Shown one piece after another: positions 8,248 to 16,167 of a DNA stretch of 34,916 nt. The DNA lies in NCBI GenBank assembly GCA_039198835.1, contig JBCCTH010000001.1, forward strand, positions 1-34,916, given 5' to 3'. How positions within the stretch are numbered: position 1 is the stretch's first letter; each line of letters begins with the position of its first letter. The position numbers were made by a program, and so were the translations under genes. Source of the stretch: Pseudomonadota bacterium. Lineage in GTDB: Bacteria > Pseudomonadota > Alphaproteobacteria > Rhodobacterales > Rhodobacteraceae. The notes under the pieces were generated by a model. It was not told the origin of the DNA. It made no database searches and saw only the letters and a program-made list of their open reading frames with translations.

Positions 8248-8886
8248 ATGGAAAACCTTTCGCCCCTCGTCGTAGGCTATCTGGCCTCCTTTTTTCTCGT
8301 GGCGCTGCTCGCGTTCACGGCGTTCATCAAGGTGTCGGTCGTGTTGATGATCGTGCGCAACGCGATCGGCCTCCAGCAGGTCCCTTCGAACATGATCGTG
8401 ATGGTGCTGGCGCTCTTTTTGTCGAGCTTCATCGCGCTTCCATCGATTGTCGCGGCGTTTGACGCCATCGAGGCCCTTGGCCCGCTTGAAAACTCAGCCG
8501 ATGCGCTGGTTGCGATCTGGACAGCAGGCCTCGCCCCGTTTCAGAGCTTCATTTCGCAGCATACAGACCCCCAGCATCTGGGCTTTTTCGTGGAAGTCGC
8601 GGGCGAGGTTTGGGAAGGGTCGGGCGTGACCGCCTCGCCTGACATGGCGATCATCCAAGTGCCCGCTTTCGTGCTCACGGAGCTGACGGCGGCGTTTGAG
8701 TTCGGCTTCCTGCTTTATCTGCCCTTCGTTGCCATCGATCTGGCTGTGACGGCGATCCTGATCGCGCTGGGCATGCAGCTTGTGCAGCCGACGATCATCT
8801 CGGTGCCGTTCAAGATCCTGCTCTTCGTGGCGGTTGATGGCTGGGCGCGTTTGGTGGAGGGTCTCATGCTCTCCTATACGGTGTGA
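8248..8886 (+). CDS. sctR: T3SS export apparatus SctR (YscR/FliP family)
   Basis: TAFIKVSVVLMIVRNAIGLQQVPSN; PAFVLTEL; GFLLYLPFVAIDL; ISVPFKILLFVAVDGW; 212 aa without the N-terminal signal extension of FliP. Confidence 0.95.
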   Translation: MENLSPLVVGYLASFFLVALLAFTAFIKVSVVLMIVRNAIGLQQVPSNMIVMVLALFLSSFIALPSIVAAFDAIEALGPLENSADALVAIWTAGLAPFQSFISQHTDPQHLGFFVEVAGEVWEGSGVTASPDMAIIQVPAFVLTELTAAFEFGFLLYLPFVAIDLAVTAILIALGMQLVQPTIISVPFKILLFVAVDGWARLVEGLMLSYTV

Positions 8887-8890
8887 ACCG

Positions 8891-9151
8891 ATGGAGGCTT
8901 ATGTTCAGTCGCTCGTTCAGTTCATGGCAGCGGTGGCGGTTCTTGCCGGTATCCCGTTGGCGGTGGCGACATGTGTCGGCCTGATCGTCAGCTTCTTTCA
9001 GGCCGTCACGCAAATCCAGGATCAGACGCTCGCGCAGACAGCGAAGATCGTCGCCATCGCTTTCACGTTTATCATTTTGGGGGGCGCGCTCATCGCGCCG
9101 CTCCTTGAAGGCACAACGCATCTCTTCGAGACATTCTGGCAAAGGCAATAG
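8891..9151 (+). CDS. sctS: T3SS export apparatus SctS (YscS/FliQ family)
   Basis: 86 aa from ATG 8891; VGLIVSFFQAVTQIQDQTL motif. Confidence 0.93.
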   Translation: MEAYVQSLVQFMAAVAVLAGIPLAVATCVGLIVSFFQAVTQIQDQTLAQTAKIVAIAFTFIILGGALIAPLLEGTTHLFETFWQRQ

Positions 9152-9160
9152 GGGGCGGGC

Positions 9161-9973
9161 TTGGATCAGTTCATCGCCACGCTTCTTGAATTGCCGATCG
9201 CTGCGTCGTTCTTTCTACTCTTGGCGGGCGTGTCGCGGGCGCTGGGCGCGATCTTCGGGCTTTGGGGGCTCTACTTCATCCTCGGCCCTGCGGTGATCGT
9301 GCGGACTGTTCTGGCGCTCATTCTCTCGGCCCCGATGATATTCGCGCAGATCGACAGCTATGTTGCGCTCAGCGAGGAAACCCAGCGCTTCGCGCTTCTC
9401 ACCATCCCGCTGCGCGAATTCATCATCGGCTTCGCCATTGGTCTTCTGATGTCGCTCCCATTTTTCGCGATCATGGGCGCGGCTCTCGTGATCGAGCAAT
9501 ATCGCGGAGATTTCAGCCCTGGCATAGAGGCCCCCGAAAATGCGCAGGTGGGCTCATACGGCGCGCTCAATATGATCATGGTGCTCTTCATTTTCGTAGA
9601 GCTTGGCGGTTTCATGATCCTCGTGGCGACGCTCTATGACAGCTACGCGCTCATTGAGCCGGGCGTGCCGGGGTTGAGCTTTCCGGCCGGTTTTTCTGCT
9701 GCGCTGGCGGGCATATTGCAGAATGTTTTCGTGACACTCATCGCGTTTGCTTTGCCTGTCCTTTTGCTTCTGATGTTGCTCGAATTCGCGATCAACATGG
9801 CCTCGCGCCTGGCCGACCAGATCCAACTCCCCTCGATTGATTTTCTCGCCAAGAACCTCGCGCTGCTCTTTGCCATGCCGGTGCTTGTTCTGGCCCTGTC
9901 GCGCGCGATGCAGGCGACGTTTGATAATGCGCCGCCGGTGCTCCCCCTGCTTGCGGAGATCATCGGCCTATGA
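9161..9973 (+). CDS. sctT: T3SS export apparatus SctT (YscT/FliR family)
   Basis: Hydrophobic 270 aa, TTG start; REFIIGFAIG...GAALVIEQYRG; LYDSY; between sctS and sctU. Confidence 0.88.
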   Translation: MDQFIATLLELPIAASFFLLLAGVSRALGAIFGLWGLYFILGPAVIVRTVLALILSAPMIFAQIDSYVALSEETQRFALLTIPLREFIIGFAIGLLMSLPFFAIMGAALVIEQYRGDFSPGIEAPENAQVGSYGALNMIMVLFIFVELGGFMILVATLYDSYALIEPGVPGLSFPAGFSAALAGILQNVFVTLIAFALPVLLLLMLLEFAINMASRLADQIQLPSIDFLAKNLALLFAMPVLVLALSRAMQATFDNAPPVLPLLAEIIGL

Positions 9974-11010
9974 GCGAAGACCAAAGCGAAGAAAAGACCG
10001 ACCCAGCCTCAGAGCGAAAGCTCAGGAAGCTGCGCGAGGATGCGATTATCCCCACGAGCCAGATGGGCACGAACTTCGTCGGCTTCGCGGCGGGTTTCGG
10101 AGTCTTACTCCTGCTCTTGCGGCAGATGATCGATGCGCTGGCTGACGGCTTTGATACCGCTTTCGCTTCGCTCAACTCAGAGGCCGCCAATGACGAAGGG
10201 CTGGTCTGGTATTTTCTGATCGAGATACATTCGCCAGTGGCCATGGTCATGCTCGCCGTCCTCGGCGCGGGCATCCTGTTTCGCATTCTGGTGAACAAGG
10301 GCTTTGTCTTCTCGCTCAAACAGGTGAGCCCGTCGCTCGACAAAGTGAACCCGGTGACAGGCTTCAAGAACCTCTTCAAGGGCCGCACCTTGACCGAATT
10401 TGCCGCGACGCTCACGCGGTTTTTGGTCCTTTTGGGGACGTTCGGTTATCTGGCGTGGTTCTGGTGGCCCACCTTGGCCAACCTTGATCTCTGCTCGCCC
10501 GCCTGCGCGCTGCCAGTGGCCTGGGACATCACCAAAGCGATCCTCATCGCGACGGCGGCTTTGCTTCTGGTATCGGTGGCTTTTGATGTCGGCATCCAGC
10601 AGGCGTTTTTCCTGATGGAGCACCGGATGACGAAGACCGAGGTCAAAAAGGAACTCAAAGAGATGCTGGGCCAGCCTGAAGTGCGCCAGGAGCGCAACCG
10701 TCTGCGCCGCGACAGCGCGGCGATGGCGGGCTCAGTCGGCGTGGCGGCGGCGACGGTCTATTTCCATTATGGCGATCGCGTCGTCGCGCTGGCGTTTGAT
10801 CCGATCAAAAACCCTCTCCCCAAGATCGCGGCAAAGAGCCGGGAGGCGCGACGCACCATCGAGATCCTCCAGGATCTCAACGGGCGCGGCGTGCCTGGCA
10901 TGGAAGATGAACAGATCGTTGAGGCCTGCGAACTCGTGCCAAATGGCAGCCCAGTACCGCGCGCGATCTTCGCGCCGTTGGCAACGCGCCTGCGCTATCT
11001 GTTGGGATAA
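9970..11010 (+). CDS. sctU: T3SS export switch protein SctU (YscU/FlhB family), lacking NPTH
   Basis: SEEKTDPASERKLRKLRE; KVNPVTGFKNLF; RMTKTEVKKELKEMLGQPEVR; VALAFDP..PLPKIAAK; ATGA overlap with sctT. Confidence 0.93.
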   Translation: MSEDQSEEKTDPASERKLRKLREDAIIPTSQMGTNFVGFAAGFGVLLLLLRQMIDALADGFDTAFASLNSEAANDEGLVWYFLIEIHSPVAMVMLAVLGAGILFRILVNKGFVFSLKQVSPSLDKVNPVTGFKNLFKGRTLTEFAATLTRFLVLLGTFGYLAWFWWPTLANLDLCSPACALPVAWDITKAILIATAALLLVSVAFDVGIQQAFFLMEHRMTKTEVKKELKEMLGQPEVRQERNRLRRDSAAMAGSVGVAAATVYFHYGDRVVALAFDPIKNPLPKIAAKSREARRTIEILQDLNGRGVPGMEDEQIVEACELVPNGSPVPRAIFAPLATRLRYLLG

Positions 11011-11023
11011 GAAGAGGCCGGTC

Positions 11024-11905
11024 TCAGTCGTGGCCGCCAAGCTGGCGTTGGCGCATTCGCTCGCGAAAGCGCGCCCGGTCGCTTTCATCATAATCTCCCG
11101 CGCATTTATGGCAGCGCACGCCATCCTCGAATTCAGGGCGCGTGCGATCTTCGGGCGCGAGCGGACGACGGCACGCATGACACAGACTATGCGGCCCTTC
11201 CTCAAGCCCATGGGTGACACTGACCCGTTTGTCGAAGACAAAGCAGCCGCCGCGCCAGGCGCTTTCGCTTTTAGGCACCTCTTCGAGATATTTCAGGATG
11301 CCGCCCTTGAGATGAAAAACATCCCTCACGCCCTCGCCCAAAAGATAATTGGTTGATTTCTCGCAGCGGATGCCGCCCGTGCAAAACATGGCGATCCGTT
11401 TGCCTTCGAACCGCACACGGTTGGCTTGCCACCATGCAGGAAACTCACCGAAGCTCTTCGTTTCAGGATTGATCGCGCCGTCAAAGCTTCCGATAGCGAC
11501 CTCGTAATCATTGCGCGTGTCGATGGTTACCACGTCAGGCGCTGAGATGAGCGCGTTCCACTCCCCGGGGGGCACATAGCGCCCGGTGGTCTCGGCGGGC
11601 CGCACCTGGGGCTGACCCATCGTGACAATCTCTCGTTTCAGGCGCACTTTCAGCTTTTTGAAGGGCGCGGCCTCCGCTGTGCTCTCTTTCCAGTCAAGAT
11701 CGCCGCAGCCCGGCAAGGCCCGGATCACAGCCAGCGCCGCATCAAGACCGGACCGGGTGCCTGCGATTGTGCCGTTAATGCCTTCGGGCGCCAAAAGCAG
11801 CGTGCCTTTGATCCCTTCGGCAAGGCAGGCGTCGCGGAGCGGCGCGCAGAGGCCTGCCGGGTCATCAAAGGCTGTAAAGCGGTAAAGCGCGGCGACATGA
11901 AACAT
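11024..11905 (-). CDS. trhO: Rhodanese-domain tRNA uridine(34) hydroxylase TrhO (YceA/UPF0176)
   Basis: MFHVAALYRF start; GTLLLAPEGINGTIAG; KVRLKREIVTMG; IDTRNDYE; FCTGGIRCEK; HLKGGILKYL. Confidence 0.9.
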   Translation of the reverse strand: MFHVAALYRFTAFDDPAGLCAPLRDACLAEGIKGTLLLAPEGINGTIAGTRSGLDAALAVIRALPGCGDLDWKESTAEAAPFKKLKVRLKREIVTMGQPQVRPAETTGRYVPPGEWNALISAPDVVTIDTRNDYEVAIGSFDGAINPETKSFGEFPAWWQANRVRFEGKRIAMFCTGGIRCEKSTNYLLGEGVRDVFHLKGGILKYLEEVPKSESAWRGGCFVFDKRVSVTHGLEEGPHSLCHACRRPLAPEDRTRPEFEDGVRCHKCAGDYDESDRARFRERMRQRQLGGHD

Positions 11906-12027
11906 CGCGCCCAGATAGGCATTTGCCTTCTCGGCCTCAATCCCTAGCCTTACCGTGAGCCGCCACAAACCGGAGCAGAGCGCTGACCCTTCTTCGCAAG
12001 AAGCTTGCAAAAGCGAAACTCAAAGGC

Positions 12028-12666
12028 GTGTCCGCTCAGGCAACCGACCGGGCGCGCGCGCAACTTGCGAGCTATATCGAGGCGCAGCGCATGGGCGACG
12101 ATGCGCTCGCAAAAGAGCTCCATGGTGGTCTTGCGGCGACGCGCATCGGCCAGATCAATCTCGGCGCGACAGCCGAACCTGCCGATCTTGCCTGCAAGAT
12201 GGGCTGCGCGTTTTGCTGTATCCTGACCGGAGAGGATGGCGGCGTCATGACCGGCGCAGAGGCCCGGGTGCTCTACAAAGCGCTTGCGCCGCTGGCCGGT
12301 AAACCCGATGGCCGCGATTGGCATCCCAAGGCCTGCCCCTCGCTTGATCCCGAAACCCGCAAATGCCGCGCCTATGAGGCCCGGCCGATGATCTGCCGCA
12401 GCTATGCAAGCCGCGATGTGGACGCTTGCAAAAGCATCGCCGAGGGTAAGCCAGCGGAAGGGGCTGGCGTGCGCGCGGCTTACGGCACCTATCTGACGGT
12501 TCATGCGCTCGCCCGCGCCGCCCTGGGCCCCGGTCGCGCGCCGACATATTCGCTCCGCAAACTCGCCGCCGCCGCCCTCGAGGGCCGGGCCTTCGAAGAG
12601 GCCTTGAAAGAAGCGCGCCACAAACCAAGCGAGTTGCAAGAAGAACGCGTTCGCGTCACGCTGTGA
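12028..12666 (+). CDS. YkgJ/UPF0153-family cysteine-cluster protein
   Basis: CKMGCAFCC and CPSLD...CRAYEARPMICRSY motifs; GTG start. Confidence 0.8.
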   Translation: MSAQATDRARAQLASYIEAQRMGDDALAKELHGGLAATRIGQINLGATAEPADLACKMGCAFCCILTGEDGGVMTGAEARVLYKALAPLAGKPDGRDWHPKACPSLDPETRKCRAYEARPMICRSYASRDVDACKSIAEGKPAEGAGVRAAYGTYLTVHALARAALGPGRAPTYSLRKLAAAALEGRAFEEALKEARHKPSELQEERVRVTL

Positions 12667-12696
12667 TAAAACGCGCAGCCGAAAAGGGAATTTGCG

Positions 12697-13293
12697 ATGT
12701 CACAGGCGCTCATCATCATTGATGTACAGAATGATTTTTGCCCAGGCGGTGCGCTCGAAGTGCCCGGTGGCGACGAGATCGTGCCGGGCATTAACGCGCT
12801 CATGGGAGATTTCGACGCCGTCATCATCACTCAGGATTGGCACCCCGCCGGGCATTCGTCTTTCGCGTCAAGCCATCCCGGCAAAGCGCCCTATGACCTC
12901 ATCGATATGCCCTACGGCCCGCAGGTTCTGTGGCCCGATCATTGTATTCAGGGCAGTGCGGGCGCGGAGTTTCATCCAGACCTTGACGTGAACCGCGCTG
13001 ATCTGATCATCCGCAAAGGCTATAACCCGGCCATCGATAGTTATTCCGCGCTTTTTGAAAACGATCATACAACCTCGACGGGCCTTGAAGGCTATCTCAA
13101 GAACCGGGGCCTGAGCGAGCTGACTTTCGTGGGCCTCGCGCTGGACTTCTGTGTGAACTACTCGGCGGTAGATGCGGCCAAAGCGGGCTTTCGATCGCGC
13201 GTGAAGCTTGATTTGTGTCGCGGCATTGATCTCAACGGGTCGCTCGCGGCAGCCCGGGCCGGAATGGCGGACGCGGGCGTTGACGCGGCTTAA
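12697..13293 (+). CDS. pncA: Nicotinamidase/pyrazinamidase
   Basis: IDVQNDF, QDWHP, LWPDHC, RKG...DSYSA, GLALDFCV. Confidence 0.95.
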   Translation: MSQALIIIDVQNDFCPGGALEVPGGDEIVPGINALMGDFDAVIITQDWHPAGHSSFASSHPGKAPYDLIDMPYGPQVLWPDHCIQGSAGAEFHPDLDVNRADLIIRKGYNPAIDSYSALFENDHTTSTGLEGYLKNRGLSELTFVGLALDFCVNYSAVDAAKAGFRSRVKLDLCRGIDLNGSLAAARAGMADAGVDAA

Positions 13294-13757
13294 CTCAAAA
13301 TCGCGAAGCCCGCGACATAGCCCGCAGCCGCAAGCACGCTGATGGCCATGACAGCGGCCGCGCCTGTCTTGTTGTCTGGGCTCGCAGCGGGGCTTTGAGC
13401 CTCATCTGACGCGACCATGAGCGCACCATAGGGCCGCACCGCCGAAAGATGAACGAGGCACTGCGCCAGATCAAATTCACCGTCGCGCGCCGCTTCGCCG
13501 TGATCGGCCTCGCACGTGATCGCTTCAATGAGGCAGGCCATGAGATAAGCATGACTGCTCTCATGCTCGAGCGCGTAATACCCGGCTGGAAATCCGCTCG
13601 CGACACAGCCAAGCCCGATGCCCGCCTCATGGAGGATCGACTTTGTGCGCGCGCTCGCTCTCGCCGCGGCTTGGGCTGTCGCAGGGTCTCGGAAGGTCGC
13701 GAAATGCAGGCCTTCTGAGCCCGCTTCTCCAAAATCTATGTCATAATTGAGCTGCAT
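13290..13757 (-). CDS. Hypothetical protein with C-terminal hydrophobic helix
   Basis: 155-aa ORF filling the pncA-pncB gap; purine-rich upstream (GGGGCAGGG); terminal AAAVMAISVLAAAGYVAGFAILS. Confidence 0.6.
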   Translation of the reverse strand: MQLNYDIDFGEAGSEGLHFATFRDPATAQAAARASARTKSILHEAGIGLGCVASGFPAGYYALEHESSHAYLMACLIEAITCEADHGEAARDGEFDLAQCLVHLSAVRPYGALMVASDEAQSPAASPDNKTGAAAVMAISVLAAAGYVAGFAILS

Positions 13758-13910
13758 CCCTGCCCCACCTGCCCGTATCGCGCGAGCATTACCCCGGGAA
13801 TGTGGAAGGATTTCGACGCGTTAATGGTAAGGAAACGAAAACTCCTTGCCTAATTTGGCGCGCTTGGGTTCTGTGCTTCGGCCAAAGCATGGCTGTTCTG
13901 GGAGGAACCC

Positions 13911-15203
13911 ATGGTCGACATCGCCGCGCGCGTCTGGAACCATAAATGGAAGATCGACCCCATCGTAAGGTCGCTCATCGATACTGATTTCTACAAGCTC
14001 TTGATGTGCCAGTCCGTTTTTCGCAATCGGCTCGACACCCAAGTTACTTTCAGCCTGATCAATCGCTCCAGCGATATCCGCCTCGCAGAGCTCATCGACG
14101 AGGGCGAATTGCGCGAGCAGCTGGATCATATCCGTTCGCTTTCGCTGTCGCGCGGTGAAAGCACCTGGCTTCGTGGGAATACGTTTTACGGTAAACGGCA
14201 GATGTTTCGGCCTGACTTCATGGAATGGTTCGAGAGCCTGCGCCTGCCGCCCTACCACCTCGAAAAGCGCGATGGCCAGTATGAGCTCACTTTCGAGGGC
14301 GCTTGGCCTGATGTCATGCTGTGGGAAATTCCCGCGCTTTCGGTCTTGATGGAGCTGCGGGGCCGGGCTGTCGTCAACGCCATGGGCAAGTTTGAGCTTC
14401 AAGTGCTTTACGCGCGGGCCATGGCCAAGCTCTGGGAGAAGATGGAGAGCCTGCGCAAGCTTGATGCGCTGCGCATTGCTGATTTCGGCACGCGCCGCCG
14501 CCATTCCTTCCTCTGGCAGGATTGGGCCGTTCAGGCGATGATCGAAGGCCTGGGCGAGGGCTTTACCGGCACCTCCAACTGCCTCATTGCGATGCGTCGC
14601 GAGGTCGAAGCCATTGGCACCAACGCCCATGAACTCCCGATGGTCTATGCCGCGCTCGCGGAAAGCGATGAAGCGCTGGCAAAAGCGCCCTATGATGTCT
14701 TGGCTGACTGGCACGAAGAGCATGATGGCAATCTCAGGATCATCCTGCCCGATACCTACGGCACGGCGGGCTTTCTTGAACGTGCGCCCGATTGGCTCGC
14801 GGGCTGGACGGGCATCCGCATCGATAGCGGCAAGCCCGAGGAAGGCGCGGAAACCGCCATAAGGTGGTGGCAAGAGCGCGGTGAAGACCCGATGCAAAAG
14901 CTCATCATCTTTTCCGACGGGCTCGATGTCGACCGCATTGAGGCGTTGCACCGCCAATTCTCAGGCCGAGCCCGCGTCAGCTTCGGTTGGGGGACGCTTC
15001 TGACCAACGATTTCCGCGGGCTTACGCGCGATGATGCGCTCGCGCCCTTCTCGCTCGTGTGTAAGGCGGTGAGCGCCAATGGCCGTGCCACCGTCAAACT
15101 CTCGGATAACCCAAACAAGGCCATGGGCCCCGCCGAAGAGATCGACCGATACAAGCGCGTCTTCGGCGTCGGCGCTCAAAAGCGTCTCGAAGTCGTGGTT
15201 TAG
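13911..15203 (+). CDS. pncB: Nicotinate phosphoribosyltransferase
   Basis: SLIDTDFYKLLM, DFGTRRRHS, GTSN, GTNAHE, LPDTYGT, RIDSG, FSDGL, VKLSDNPNKA; RBS GGAGGA. Confidence 0.96.
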   Translation: MVDIAARVWNHKWKIDPIVRSLIDTDFYKLLMCQSVFRNRLDTQVTFSLINRSSDIRLAELIDEGELREQLDHIRSLSLSRGESTWLRGNTFYGKRQMFRPDFMEWFESLRLPPYHLEKRDGQYELTFEGAWPDVMLWEIPALSVLMELRGRAVVNAMGKFELQVLYARAMAKLWEKMESLRKLDALRIADFGTRRRHSFLWQDWAVQAMIEGLGEGFTGTSNCLIAMRREVEAIGTNAHELPMVYAALAESDEALAKAPYDVLADWHEEHDGNLRIILPDTYGTAGFLERAPDWLAGWTGIRIDSGKPEEGAETAIRWWQERGEDPMQKLIIFSDGLDVDRIEALHRQFSGRARVSFGWGTLLTNDFRGLTRDDALAPFSLVCKAVSANGRATVKLSDNPNKAMGPAEEIDRYKRVFGVGAQKRLEVVV

Positions 15204-15219
15204 GTTCTGCTTGCCGGGC

Positions 15220-16167
15220 TTATCCCCTGAGTGCAGACCCAGGATCCAGCCTTTCGACGGCGCGCAAGGCGCGCTCCGCTTGCTGGCGCTGCAACGCTCT
15301 GTCGCCCGCCGCCCGAGAAATCGCCCAACCGCAGGACGCCATCGCGCGCAACATGACGAAGAAGCGAAGCCGCGCGAGGTTGGGCGGGGTGCGCAAGGTC
15401 GCATAGCCCGCCAGGAGCGCCTCTTCGAGGAGCGCGAGCTTCGGGTGGCCCTGATGCTGGACGAGCGCTGTCCCCAGATCATAGTCGCGGTAACCGAAGC
15501 CGGCATCGTCAAAATCGATGAGCGCGAGCCCTTCGGGTGTCGCCAGAATGTTCTCCTGGAGACAGTCGGCATGGATGAGCCCGGCATCGGCCTCTTCAAG
15601 CTCGACGAGCTGATCATAGGCGCGCGCCTTGGCGCGCAAGAGCGTCTCGGCCTCGCTGCTCGAAAGCGTCGGGTTCTCCCAGAACCTGCCCCAAAGCGGC
15701 TCTTCTCCCAAAAGCGCCTCGGCATCCCAGGCAGGGCGTTGAATGTCGTCGGTGAGGATCGCGTCGGTGGCATCGTGGAAGGCGGCGATCAGCGCGCCAA
15801 CCGAGGCATAAAGCGCGCGCAATTGAGCGTCGCTCCCCGCGAGCTCTTCGCCGCTTTGGCCGATCGCGCGTCCCGCAAGCCAGCTCACCGCGCTTGCATA
15901 TTGCCCGCCCTGCACCGCGCGCAAAAAGCTGCCATCGCTTGAGGCCACGGGCTTCGGGCATGGGAAGCCGATCTCTGCAAGCCGCGCCATCCACCGCAGC
16001 TCGCTCTCGATGGCCATGCGCGACTGATAGCCCGCGCGGTGCAGCCTCAGAGCCACCCGCGCGCCGCTGATCCGCGCCTCATAGACCCTGTTTTCACGGG
16101 CGGCGATGAGCCTTGGGGGCTCTTCAACGCTGCCCCAGAAGCCTGCGATCTCGCTCAACTCTTGCAT
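15220..16167 (-). CDS. APH/type II homoserine kinase-like phosphotransferase (hydroxylysine kinase-like)
   Basis: RENRVY, LRLHR, LIHADCLQENIL, IDFDDAGFG..YDL; start 16167 overlaps the end of the upstream aminotransferase-like gene. Confidence 0.85.
   Translation of the reverse strand: MQELSEIAGFWGSVEEPPRLIAARENRVYEARISGARVALRLHRAGYQSRMAIESELRWMARLAEIGFPCPKPVASSDGSFLRAVQGGQYASAVSWLAGRAIGQSGEELAGSDAQLRALYASVGALIAAFHDATDAILTDDIQRPAWDAEALLGEEPLWGRFWENPTLSSSEAETLLRAKARAYDQLVELEEADAGLIHADCLQENILATPEGLALIDFDDAGFGYRDYDLGTALVQHQGHPKLALLEEALLAGYATLRTPPNLARLRFFVMLRAMASCGWAISRAAGDRALQRQQAERALRAVERLDPGSALRG

Noticed and set aside
1229-11010. Flagellar export cluster (flhA, fliH/I/J/N/P/Q/R, flhB)
   Set aside because: It has a short SctJ lipoprotein rather than FliF, SctR lacks the FliP signal extension, and no fliG, mot or flg genes are present.
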